Below, in pieces: positions 38,851 to 48,104 of a DNA stretch of 64,000 nucleotides; position 1 is the first letter of the stretch, and every line of letters starts with the position of its first letter. The position numbers and the translations under genes were made by a program. The notes beneath the pieces were generated by a model. The model was not told the origin of the DNA. It searched no databases and saw only the letters and a program-made list of their open reading frames with translations. This stretch comes from Terriglobia bacterium (GTDB lineage: Bacteria; Acidobacteriota; Terriglobia; Acidiferrales; UBA7541). The stretch is taken from contig OY968796.1 of NCBI GenBank assembly GCA_963695545.1, positions 2,688,001 through 2,752,000 of the forward strand, written 5' to 3'.

Positions 38851-41391
38851 ATGTCCCCGACGAATGATGATTCAGGACCGCTGCTAACCCGGCGCGATCT
38901 TCTCGCCCACGCTGCCCGCGGCGCGATGCTTGTTTCCGCGTCTCCCTATCTCGCGCGCGCCCAAGCGGCGCTTTCTCCGGAGAGCTCCGCCACCAGAACC
39001 AGAGACACCTTCGATTTCGGTTGGAAATTCCAGAAGGGCGATTTTCCCGGCGCGCAGCGGCCCACGTTTGCGGATGCGAGCTGGCGCGACGTCGATCTGC
39101 CGCATGATTGGAGCATCGAAGGCCCGTTCGACGAGAAAGCTCCCAGCAGCGGCCCCGGCGCCTATTTGCCCACCGGCATCGCCTGGTACCGAAAAAGATT
39201 TCGTGTGCCCGAAGCGGATCGCAGCCGCATCACCGTGCTTGAGTTCGACGGCGTTTATCAGAATAGCGAAGTCTGGATCAACGGCCAGTATCTCGGCCTT
39301 CGTCCCTACGGCTTTATCCCGTTCTCCTACGACTTGACGCCGCACCTCAATTTCGGCGGCGAGAACGTCGTCGCCGTTCGCGTGGACAATTCCCGCCAGA
39401 CCAACTGCCGTTGGTATTCCGGTTCGGGCATTGACCGGCACACTTGGCTGCTCGTCACCAATCCGGTCCGCGTCGCTTACTGGGGCACCTTCGTCACCAC
39501 GCCCCGCGTGTCGCAGCAGTCGGCCACAGTGCAGGTGAAAACACGAATCGCGAATGGCCAAAAGGATGCCGCTCAATTCACTCTCACCACCACGATCCTC
39601 GATAAGGATGGCAACACCGTCCAGACTGCGGAAGCGTCTCAGGAAGTCGACGCCAACGCAGAATACGAATTCGTCCAGCAATTGGCGGTAGATAAACCCA
39701 GTCTATGGTCACCCACGAATCCGTATCTCTACACGGTCCGCAGCACAGTGCATCAGGCGAGCCAGGTGTTGGATGTGTATGACACTCCCTTCGGAATTCG
39801 CGAAGCCATCTTCGATGCCGAGCGCGGATTTTTGCTGAACGGCGAGCACATCAAATTGAACGGCGCCTGCATCCACCAGGAAGCCGGCAGCGTCGGCTCC
39901 GCTGTTCCCGAGCGAGTCTGGGAGCGTCGCTTGCAAACTCTTCACGAAATGGGATGCAATGCCATCCGCACCAGCCACAATCCCTATCCCGCCGAATTCC
40001 TGGATCTCTGCGACAAGATGGGCTTCCTGGTAATGAACGAGGCTTTCGACGAATGGAAAGTGCCCAAGGGCCAGATCAAATACGGTTACAGCGTTTATTT
40101 CGACGAGTGGCACGAACGCGATGCCACGAACTTCCTCCATCGCGATCGCAACCACCCATCCGTAGTGCTCTGGAGCGCCGGGAACGAGATTCCCGACCAG
40201 GACGTTCCCATGGGCGTAGACACCCTGCGCGGTTTGCTCGATATCTTTCACACCGAAGACCCCACGCGCCTGGTGACGGCGGCCTGCGACCACATCGCCG
40301 CGGATCCTCCCGTCGGCGGCAGGGTGTTGCCGGAATTTCTCGCCCTGCTCGATGTCGTCGGCTACAACTACGTGGACCGCTGGCGCGACCGCGCGCAGAA
40401 ATATTACAGCATCGATCACGACGCATTTCCCGAGCGCCGCGTGGTCGGCACCGAAAGCGGCGCGATGGGCGGCGTTCGCGGCGATTATCGCTCCTTGGTC
40501 GGCGATCCCATTCCCGAGCTTCCTGCTCGATTCCGATTTGCGCCCGGCCGCGACGTCGATGTCGAACAACTTTGGAAGTTCGTCGGAACTTACGACTACG
40601 TCACAGGCGATTTCATGTGGACGGGCATCGACTATTTGGGCGAGGCCTTTTGGCCTACAAAAGGATCTTCCTCCGGCGTAATCGATACCTGCGGCTTCAA
40701 GAAAGATGGATTCTATTTCTACCAGAGCCAGTGGACCGCCGCGCCCATGGTGCATCTGTATCCGCACTGGAATTGGGCCGGCAAAGAAGGGCAGTTGATC
40801 CCGGTCACTTGCTACACCAATTGCGACACCGTCGAACTCTTCCTGAATGGTAAGTCTCTCGGCGTGCGGGGCTACGAATTTCCGCGCTACGGAATGGAAG
40901 GCAAGTGGGGCAATTTGCCGCCCCGCGCCAGAACCGCGCGAACCACCGGCGACCTCCATCTAACCTGGGACGTTCCCTACGAACCGGGAACGCTGAAAGT
41001 CGTAGGGACCAAAGATGGAGTCGCAGCGGCCACCATGGAAATCTCGACCACCGGAGAGCCAGCCGCCATCAAGCTATCGGTCGATCGAGCGAATATCGCG
41101 GCCGATCGCCGCGATGTCGCGCATGTCACCGTCGAAATTTTAGATGCGCAGGGCCGCGTCGTGCCGGACGCCGCGAGCCAAGTCACATTCGACGTTCAGG
41201 GCGCAGGCAAAATCATCGGCGTGGATAACGGCGATCCGCTAAGCCACGAGGATTTCAAATCCAATCAGCGCAAAGCCTTTAACGGCATGTGCCTGGCAAT
41301 CGTCCAATCGACCGCCACGCCCGGCCAAATAAAAATCGCGGCGTCATCTCCCGGTCTGCAATCGAGCGATGTATCGATCACCACCGCCTAA
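38851..41391 (+). CDS. Tat-exported GH2 beta-galactosidase-like hydrolase
   Basis: TRRDLL leader; LPHDWSIE, FDGVY, RWYSGSGI, NAIRTSHNP, RDRNHPSVVLWSAGNE, WTGIDYLGE, VDNGD. Confidence 0.92.
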   Translation: MSPTNDDSGPLLTRRDLLAHAARGAMLVSASPYLARAQAALSPESSATRTRDTFDFGWKFQKGDFPGAQRPTFADASWRDVDLPHDWSIEGPFDEKAPSSGPGAYLPTGIAWYRKRFRVPEADRSRITVLEFDGVYQNSEVWINGQYLGLRPYGFIPFSYDLTPHLNFGGENVVAVRVDNSRQTNCRWYSGSGIDRHTWLLVTNPVRVAYWGTFVTTPRVSQQSATVQVKTRIANGQKDAAQFTLTTTILDKDGNTVQTAEASQEVDANAEYEFVQQLAVDKPSLWSPTNPYLYTVRSTVHQASQVLDVYDTPFGIREAIFDAERGFLLNGEHIKLNGACIHQEAGSVGSAVPERVWERRLQTLHEMGCNAIRTSHNPYPAEFLDLCDKMGFLVMNEAFDEWKVPKGQIKYGYSVYFDEWHERDATNFLHRDRNHPSVVLWSAGNEIPDQDVPMGVDTLRGLLDIFHTEDPTRLVTAACDHIAADPPVGGRVLPEFLALLDVVGYNYVDRWRDRAQKYYSIDHDAFPERRVVGTESGAMGGVRGDYRSLVGDPIPELPARFRFAPGRDVDVEQLWKFVGTYDYVTGDFMWTGIDYLGEAFWPTKGSSSGVIDTCGFKKDGFYFYQSQWTAAPMVHLYPHWNWAGKEGQLIPVTCYTNCDTVELFLNGKSLGVRGYEFPRYGMEGKWGNLPPRARTARTTGDLHLTWDVPYEPGTLKVVGTKDGVAAATMEISTTGEPAAIKLSVDRANIAADRRDVAHVTVEILDAQGRVVPDAASQVTFDVQGAGKIIGVDNGDPLSHEDFKSNQRKAFNGMCLAIVQSTATPGQIKIAASSPGLQSSDVSITTA

Positions 41392-41496
41392 CGAGGACCA
41401 GAAATCGTGACCTCGAATATTTCCGAAATCGGTGACCGCGCATGATCTTCGCGCTGACCTTGGACGCCGGTGCGCTTCGGTTGTATCCTCACGCCC

Positions 41497-42870
41497 ATGG
41501 CGCGACCCCGCGGCACGTCTCCGACCTTCGGCCTTTTTCTCGGATTGATCATCACCCTCGCCGCTGTGGTGGCCTATTCGCGCTATATCACCGTGCAAAT
41601 CTCTGGCCTGAAGAAACTGCAAACCGATTTGACCGAGCGCGATCGCAAGGACTCTCTTCAATTGCTTCGCGCTCAGAACGATCTGAATTCTCTCGCGCTC
41701 GCCATGCGCGACATGCTGGATAACGATGAACCCTATCCCATCACCGCTTGGTCCGCGCAGTTCGAGCGCATTCACGCCGATCTCGCTGACGCGCTCCAGC
41801 GCGAGCAGAGTCTTGCCGTCGCCACCCGCACCCCCGATCAGCGCGAATATCTGGCCACATCGCTCGCGCAATTTTGGGATGCGGTCGATCGCACGTTTTC
41901 GCTTGCGCAGCAAGGCAAGGATCGCGACGCGCGCGATCAGATTCGCATCACGCTGCAAGCGCGCCAGGCCGCTCTCAGCACCGCCGTCGCTCGCTTGCTC
42001 GTTGAAAACAATGAGAGCGAAGAACAAGCCGCTGTCCAGATCACGCAAATTTATGACAAGGTGCAGCGGCAGGTTTACTGGTTTCTTACCGCAACTCTCG
42101 GTGCAATTCTTCTTACCAGTCTCTATTTGATTTATTCAAACCGCCGCTTGTTCGCGCAGCTCGCCGCACTTTCCGAGCAGCGCAGTGAGCTCGCGCAGAA
42201 ATTGATCGCCACGCAGGAATCGACTCTGCGCCACATTTCGCGCGAGCTGCACGACGAGTTCGGCCAGATTCTCACCGCGGTCGGTTTGATGCTCGGCCGC
42301 GCCGAGCGCCACGCGCCGGAAGGTTCCCCCATTCGCGCCGAGTTGCGCGAGGTCAGCGAGATCGCGCAGTCCACGCTCGATCGCGTTCGCAGTCTCTCGC
42401 AAGCGCTGCATCCGGTGATGCTCGATCAATCCGGATTCGAGAACACCATCGATTGGTACATCGCCACCGTCGAGAAACAAGCCGGAATTTCCATCGCCTA
42501 CGAAAAATCCGGCGCTCCGTTTCCCGTGCCCGCTAGCGCGGGAATTCACATCTATCGCATACTGCAGGAGGCATTGAATAACGTCGTGCGTCATTCAGGC
42601 GCGCGCGAGGTCTCGGTGCGGCTGCGCTTTCGCCCGGCCGATTTGGAGCTAGAAGTGGAAGATCACGGCAAAGGATTCGTCGCGCACGCCGCCGGGCACG
42701 CAGCGCAGGCTGCGCACGGAATCGGATTGGTCGCGATGCGCGAGCGCGCCGAGCTGCTTCGCGGCGCAATTAGATTTTCTCATCCAGCGCAAGGCGGGAC
42801 GCTGGTGCGCCTCACGGTGCCGAGAGCTGGCGCCAGCGGCGACGAAAGGCCGGATGCGCATGGCGAATAA
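41497..42870 (+). CDS. Membrane sensor histidine kinase (two TMs, helical periplasmic domain, HisKA_3)
   Basis: ISRELHDEFGQ, QEALNNVVRHS, EDHGKGF, GIGLVAMRER. Confidence 0.93.
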   Translation: MARPRGTSPTFGLFLGLIITLAAVVAYSRYITVQISGLKKLQTDLTERDRKDSLQLLRAQNDLNSLALAMRDMLDNDEPYPITAWSAQFERIHADLADALQREQSLAVATRTPDQREYLATSLAQFWDAVDRTFSLAQQGKDRDARDQIRITLQARQAALSTAVARLLVENNESEEQAAVQITQIYDKVQRQVYWFLTATLGAILLTSLYLIYSNRRLFAQLAALSEQRSELAQKLIATQESTLRHISRELHDEFGQILTAVGLMLGRAERHAPEGSPIRAELREVSEIAQSTLDRVRSLSQALHPVMLDQSGFENTIDWYIATVEKQAGISIAYEKSGAPFPVPASAGIHIYRILQEALNNVVRHSGAREVSVRLRFRPADLELEVEDHGKGFVAHAAGHAAQAAHGIGLVAMRERAELLRGAIRFSHPAQGGTLVRLTVPRAGASGDERPDAHGE

Positions 42871-43489
42871 AATTTCAGTATTGCTGGTCGACGACCACAA
42901 TCTCGTTCGCCGCGGTTTCCGGCGAATGCTTGAGGATGAGCCGGACATCGACGTCGTGGGCGAAGCGTCTGACGGCAAGGAAGCGATTCGCCTGGCAAAG
43001 CGGTTGCGGCCGCAAGTGATCGTGATGGATTGCGCGATGCCGGAAATGAACGGTCTCGTAGCGACGCGGCGCATCCTCGCGGATTCGCCGTCGTGCGCAA
43101 TTCTGATGTTGAGCATGCACTCAGAGGACACGCTGGTGCGCCAGGCGCTCGACGCCGGCGCGCGGGGATATGTGCTGAAAAACGCGATCGATCTTGAATT
43201 AGCGACTGCAATCCGAAAGGTGGCCGAGGGCGAAACCGTTCTCGAACCGAAGCTTGCGCGCGCCGCCACACTCAAAGGTGAAAAGCCCGCCGGGCTTACC
43301 GCGCGGGAACTTGAAATTTTGCAATTCATCGTCGACGGCAAATCGAACAAGGAAATCGCGGAGGATCTCTCATTGAGCGCCAACACCGTCGCCGTCCACC
43401 GCGCGAACATCATGAGCGCGCTGGGAATTCACAAGACCGCGGAACTTGTGGCCTATGCGATCCGCAATGGTTTGGTGAGCATTCCTTGA
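42860..43489 (+). CDS. NarL/FixJ-family response regulator
   Basis: VLLVDDH, VMDCAMP, LTARELEIL...SNKEIA...HRANIM. Confidence 0.95.
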   Translation: MANKISVLLVDDHNLVRRGFRRMLEDEPDIDVVGEASDGKEAIRLAKRLRPQVIVMDCAMPEMNGLVATRRILADSPSCAILMLSMHSEDTLVRQALDAGARGYVLKNAIDLELATAIRKVAEGETVLEPKLARAATLKGEKPAGLTARELEILQFIVDGKSNKEIAEDLSLSANTVAVHRANIMSALGIHKTAELVAYAIRNGLVSIP

Positions 43490-45207
43490 ATCGCAGATCG
43501 TTCCTCATGGGGATTGCTGGCCTGGCCTCCGCATCGAGCCTGCGACTGCCCGTCGTCGGATTCGACGATGTGCGCGCGGCATCCCCGCCGCAAAATCCCG
43601 GCCCCGGATTTCGGTTGACGGACATCACAGCGGCAGCCGGCATCGATTTCAACCACTACACCGGGGCGTTTGGCGGAAAGCTGCTCCCGGAAACGCTGGG
43701 CTCGGGCTGCGCTTTCCTCGATTACGATGGCGACGGCTGGCAAGATATTTTGCTGATCAACAGCATGGATTGGCCGGGCCACCAGCAGAAGCGCGCGACG
43801 CCCCGACTGTATCGCAACAATCGCAACGGCAGTTTCACGGACGTCACGCGGCAAGCGGGCCTCGATCTCGAAATGTACGGCATGGGCGCGGCGGTCGGCG
43901 ACTACAACAACGACGGATATCCGGACATTCTGATCACCTGCGTCGGACAGAATCGTCTGTTCAAAAACACGGGCAAGGGGACGTTTATCGACGTGACGCG
44001 AGCGAGCGGGCTTGCGGGCAAACAGAGTTTCAGCACTTCGGCGCTGTGGTTTGATTACGACCGCGACGGTTTGCTGGATCTTTTCGTTTGCAATTATGTG
44101 AGATGGTCGCCGGCTACGGACGTTTTTTGCAGCCTGGACGGAAAGCACAAATCCTATTGCACACCGGAAGCGTATCGCGGCGAGACCTGCTGGCTCTACC
44201 GCAATCGCGGCAATGGGACGTTTGAAGACGTCACGGCGACCAGCGGAATTTTCGACAGCAGCTCAAAATCGTTCGGCGTAGCGATGTTCGATTACGACAA
44301 CGATGGCTGGCCCGATCTGATCGTGGCCAACGACACGCAGCCCAACAAACTTTATCGCAACCGGCGCGACGGCACATTTGAGGACGTCGCCGTGCAGGCC
44401 GGAATCGCTTTCAGCACCGAGGGAAAAGCGCGGGCTGGAATGGGCGTGGACACCGCGGATTTCGATGGATCGGGGCGGCCGGGCGTCGCGATCACGAATT
44501 TCGACAACGAGATGATCGGGCTCTATCGCTCGATCGGCGGCGGAGTTTACCAGGACGTTGCGCAAACGGCGGGGGTCGGACTCGCTTCGATGAACACGCT
44601 GGGATTCGGCTGCGCGTTTCTCGATGTGGATTTGGATGGAGCGGTGGATTTGGCCGTGGCCAACGGGCACATTGATGAAACGGTGCGGAACATTCGCGGC
44701 AACGTGGGCTACGCGCAGTCGCCGCAACTTTTCCTGAACGATGGCCGCGGGGATTTTCACGATGTGGCCGCGGCGTTGGGCGCCGATTTCGCAAAACCAC
44801 GCGTGGGCCGTGGTTTGTGCTACGGCGATTTCGATCGCGACGGCGATCTGGATATTTTGCTGACTACGAATAATGGCCCCGCGGTTCTGTTGAGGAACGA
44901 CAATCTTTCGGGAAACAAGAGCATTCGGTTTCATCTGGTGGGCACGAAATCGAATCGCGACGCGATTGGCGCGGTGGTTCAAATCTTTCACGAAGGATCG
45001 ATGCAATCGCGCATAGTCAAAACCGGATCGAGCTATTTATCGCAATCCGAATTGCCGGTGACATTCGGCGTGGGACCGCGTGACGCGATCGATCGAATGG
45101 TGATCGATTGGCCGAGCGGCAGAACCGAAGAGTACAAGAATCTCGCGGCCGGCCGCGCATACGAATGTGTTGAATCGAAAGGCATCGCGCCCCGATCAGG
45201 CACCTAA
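43486..45207 (+). CDS. Tat-exported CRTAC1-family protein (FG-GAP repeats plus ASPIC/UnbV)
   Basis: NRRSFL leader; repeated DYDxDGxxD motifs; SNRDAIGA, SYLSQS, WPSG; TTGA overlap with the regulator gene. Confidence 0.9.
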   Translation: MNRRSFLMGIAGLASASSLRLPVVGFDDVRAASPPQNPGPGFRLTDITAAAGIDFNHYTGAFGGKLLPETLGSGCAFLDYDGDGWQDILLINSMDWPGHQQKRATPRLYRNNRNGSFTDVTRQAGLDLEMYGMGAAVGDYNNDGYPDILITCVGQNRLFKNTGKGTFIDVTRASGLAGKQSFSTSALWFDYDRDGLLDLFVCNYVRWSPATDVFCSLDGKHKSYCTPEAYRGETCWLYRNRGNGTFEDVTATSGIFDSSSKSFGVAMFDYDNDGWPDLIVANDTQPNKLYRNRRDGTFEDVAVQAGIAFSTEGKARAGMGVDTADFDGSGRPGVAITNFDNEMIGLYRSIGGGVYQDVAQTAGVGLASMNTLGFGCAFLDVDLDGAVDLAVANGHIDETVRNIRGNVGYAQSPQLFLNDGRGDFHDVAAALGADFAKPRVGRGLCYGDFDRDGDLDILLTTNNGPAVLLRNDNLSGNKSIRFHLVGTKSNRDAIGAVVQIFHEGSMQSRIVKTGSSYLSQSELPVTFGVGPRDAIDRMVIDWPSGRTEEYKNLAAGRAYECVESKGIAPRSGT

Positions 45208-45260
45208 TGTTTTTGCACTATTGTGCCGGTCTGCAATCAGTGGCTTAATCCCGCCCGCTT
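45106..45260 (+). repeat. Diverged direct repeat, copy 1: CRTAC1 3' end plus dyad box 2 promoter
   Basis: 45166-45260 aligns without gaps to 51616-51710 (69/95 identical by manual count); similarity extends upstream with small indels. Confidence 0.8.
45203..45249 (+). promoter_or_regulatory. Dyad box 2 (TAATGT-TTTT-GCACTA) plus extended -10-like TGg-CTTAAT
   Basis: 21/22 identity with 51653-51674; 23-nt spacing to the -10-like hexamer. Confidence 0.6.
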
Positions 45261-45328
45261 GTAGTTCAAGTCCCGATTTCGGGGAAACCAAAAATCTATT
45301 TTGCGCTTGCGTCGTCGGAGGTGCACCG

Positions 45329-46399
45329 ATGTCCCGCGAAATGTCACGGCCCCTCAGTGCAATCGTTCCAGTGATTTGTGTTTTGGCGCTCTGCTGCAGC
45401 GGAACGCTCGCGCGCGCGCAAGGATGCGTGGCCGCGCACTCGAATCAGGGTCCCATGGACGAACTGTGCGATTCGGATACCACGCGTGGAGTGGATGGCG
45501 GAGCCTGGATTCACAGACTCACCGTGAATATTGGTTATCGCGTTTTCAGTTCTGAATATTATTTCGTCGGGACGCAGGAACTTCCGAAATCGCCCGCAAC
45601 CGAGAATCATCAGAATATTTGGGACGTGGGGATCGATTTTCGTCTGTCGCACAGGTGGAGTCTGATTGCCGACGTGCCGGTGTATGAAGGAGATCGCAAT
45701 CAGATCTATCCGCCCTCAGGGATTTTTCGAGTGGCCGGCATTGGCGACATGACGGTGGGCGCGCAAACCTGGATCTTTCGCCCGCCGACGGAGAGCAACG
45801 GAAATATTGCATTCAGCGTCTCGCTTAAAATTCCCACGGGCGTCGACAATGCCACCGGGGCAGCGCTGCTGCATGGGCAAACGGTTATCGCCACAGCCGA
45901 TCAATCGCTTCAGCCGGGCGATGGTGGCTGGGGATTCGTGCTCGCGTCGCAGGCCTACAGACAAATCTGGCTCCAGACTATGCTGTACTTCCAAGGGCAA
46001 TACTTGTTCAACCCGGAGGACACCAACGGCGTGGCTACTTTCCGCACCCAGCCGGGACAGAGCGTGATGTCTATAACCGATCAATATTTGTTTCGGGGTG
46101 GCTTTTCACACGGCATACCACATTTTCGGCGCCTGGAGTTGAGTCTGGGTGGCCGCGTGGAAGGTATACCCGTGCGCGACGCGTTCGGCGCGAGCGACGG
46201 TTTCCGACGCCCGGGCTACATCGTTTCGATCGATCCCGGGTTGATGTTCAGCTTCTATCACGAAACGATTTCGGTGAATGGTCCCTGGGCGTTGCTGCGC
46301 GATCGGGAAAACAGCGTTCCCGAAATGGCAGCGGGCGAGAATGGCGATGCGTTCTTCGCGAACTACACCGTTATCGCAACAATGTCTCACTACTTCTAG
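45329..46399 (+). CDS. Putative outer-membrane beta-barrel protein with Cys/His near the mature N-terminus
   Basis: GGAGG RBS before ATG 45329; signal peptide ending ARA-QGCVAAHS; GIGDM, SLKIPTG, QPGDGGWG; alternating strands; terminal Phe. Confidence 0.65.
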   Translation: MSREMSRPLSAIVPVICVLALCCSGTLARAQGCVAAHSNQGPMDELCDSDTTRGVDGGAWIHRLTVNIGYRVFSSEYYFVGTQELPKSPATENHQNIWDVGIDFRLSHRWSLIADVPVYEGDRNQIYPPSGIFRVAGIGDMTVGAQTWIFRPPTESNGNIAFSVSLKIPTGVDNATGAALLHGQTVIATADQSLQPGDGGWGFVLASQAYRQIWLQTMLYFQGQYLFNPEDTNGVATFRTQPGQSVMSITDQYLFRGGFSHGIPHFRRLELSLGGRVEGIPVRDAFGASDGFRRPGYIVSIDPGLMFSFYHETISVNGPWALLRDRENSVPEMAAGENGDAFFANYTVIATMSHYF

Positions 46400-46409
46400 A
46401 CGCGCGTAG

Positions 46410-46958
46410 ATGACGCACCTTTGCCATCGGCGACGGATTGCGCGGGCATGCGCTCAGCTTCTCTGCGGAATCGTTGTAGTGGCGCTCACGGCGAGATCGG
46501 AAACTTATCCCGAGCTGCCCGTGAAGGATTTGGCAGGCCGAGCGCAATCGCTTTCCGAGCATAAGGGCAAGATCGTGGTAGTCAATTTCTGGGCCACGTG
46601 GTGCGGGCCGTGCAGGGAAGAATTGCCCATGCTCAATCAGCTCGCCGGCCAATATCCCGCGGCGGACGTTTTCTTCGTGGCGATCTCGTTGGATGATGAG
46701 ACGACGCAAAACAAGATTCCCGGCTTCCTCGAAAAGAAAAAAATCACGCTTGCGGTATGGACGGGAGCAACTACCGATACACTCAAGCAGCTCGAGCTCG
46801 GCAAATTCGTTCCCGACACGATCATTGTGGATCGAGACGGCACGATTGTCGGCAGAATTTTGGGAGAGGCGCAACGCAAGGATATTACGACTCGAGTGGA
46901 TTGGCTTCTGAATGGGAGGATGGGTGCAGCGCCAAATCCGGTGGTGAAGCACCTCTGA
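46410..46958 (+). CDS. TlpA/ResA-like thiol-disulfide oxidoreductase
   Basis: VVNFWATWCGPCREELP; N-terminal hydrophobic anchor. Confidence 0.92.
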   Translation: MTHLCHRRRIARACAQLLCGIVVVALTARSETYPELPVKDLAGRAQSLSEHKGKIVVVNFWATWCGPCREELPMLNQLAGQYPAADVFFVAISLDDETTQNKIPGFLEKKKITLAVWTGATTDTLKQLELGKFVPDTIIVDRDGTIVGRILGEAQRKDITTRVDWLLNGRMGAAPNPVVKHL

Positions 46959-46964
46959 AATCAA

Positions 46965-48029
46965 ATGACGCTACTGACTGAACCAATTGGAAGTATCCCT
47001 CGACCGCCGCAGTTGCTGGCGGCGATGGCGGACTTGGGCGCATCGCGCATTTCGAGCGCGCAGTTTCGAGTTACAGAAGACGCGGCGCTGCGCGATACCA
47101 TCGTGCGCTTTGAAGAAACGGGATCGCCGGTGATCACCGATGGCGAGCAGACGAAGTCGAGTTTCGCTACTTATCCGCTGGCGGGAATCTCGAATCTTGC
47201 GCCCAATGGAGTGGTGATTCCGTTTGCGGACGGCCATACGCGGCAACTTCCCAAGCTGACGGCGGGCCCATTTCGATATGGGGTTCACGCGGCGACTTTC
47301 CTGGAAGCCGCGCGGCGATACGCCCACCGTCCGTTGAAGCAGGCGGTGATCTCGGCATCGGCGTTGAGTTTGCTTTATCCGCAGGAAGGGCTGGCGGATT
47401 ACTCGCGCGAAACGTTTATCGACGATCTTACCGACGAGGCGGAGCGCGACATTCGCGAGTGCATCGATGAAGGCGCCTTCTGCGTGCAAATCGATTTCAC
47501 GGAGGGCCGCCTCGCTCTGAAACTGGATCCTTCGGGCAACCTGCTGAATTCATTTATCAATTTGAACAATCGTGTGCTCGATCGGTTCACCGCCGCAGAG
47601 CAGAAGAAAATTGGCGTGCACACGTGCCCGGGCGGCGACCACGACTCCACGCATAGCGCCGACGTGGATTACCTCGAATTGCTGCCACTTCTGTTTCGCT
47701 TGAAAGTCGGAAGGTTCTACATTCAGTTGGCGAGCGAAAGCGATCGCGGCCAAGTGCTGAAGGCCGCGCGGGACCTTCTGAAACATGGGCAGACGCTTTT
47801 CGTGGGGGTCACGGACCCCATCAATCCGAAGGTGGAGACAGCGGAGCAAGTCCGGGATCGCGTGCTTGAAGCTGCCAAATTTATTCCCGTGGAATCGCTT
47901 GGGACCACTGACGACTGCGGTTTTTCTCCGTTTGCCGACGATACATCCACTTCGCGCGACACTGCGTTCGCAAAAATTCGTAATCGCGTGGAAGGCACGC
48001 GGCTGGCGTCGGCTATCCTGGGAGTTTAG
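46965..48029 (+). CDS. Cobalamin-independent methionine synthase II family (single catalytic domain) Zn thiol-alkylating enzyme
   Basis: IGSIPRP, ITDGEQ, VHTCPG (HxC), DDCGFSPF; 354 aa, lacks the N-terminal MetE half. Confidence 0.82.
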   Translation: MTLLTEPIGSIPRPPQLLAAMADLGASRISSAQFRVTEDAALRDTIVRFEETGSPVITDGEQTKSSFATYPLAGISNLAPNGVVIPFADGHTRQLPKLTAGPFRYGVHAATFLEAARRYAHRPLKQAVISASALSLLYPQEGLADYSRETFIDDLTDEAERDIRECIDEGAFCVQIDFTEGRLALKLDPSGNLLNSFINLNNRVLDRFTAAEQKKIGVHTCPGGDHDSTHSADVDYLELLPLLFRLKVGRFYIQLASESDRGQVLKAARDLLKHGQTLFVGVTDPINPKVETAEQVRDRVLEAAKFIPVESLGTTDDCGFSPFADDTSTSRDTAFAKIRNRVEGTRLASAILGV

Positions 48030-48104
48030 GTTCGCTGGGCGAACACTCTGGTTTCGGCGCAGCGCTAGAGAAAACACACGTCGGGAAAAAGCGAGGCGAG
48101 GGAG

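Noticed and set aside
45167..45328. N-terminal extension of the barrel ORF given in the track
   Set aside because: Overlaps the upstream gene and the promoter; RBS and signal peptide point to ATG 45329
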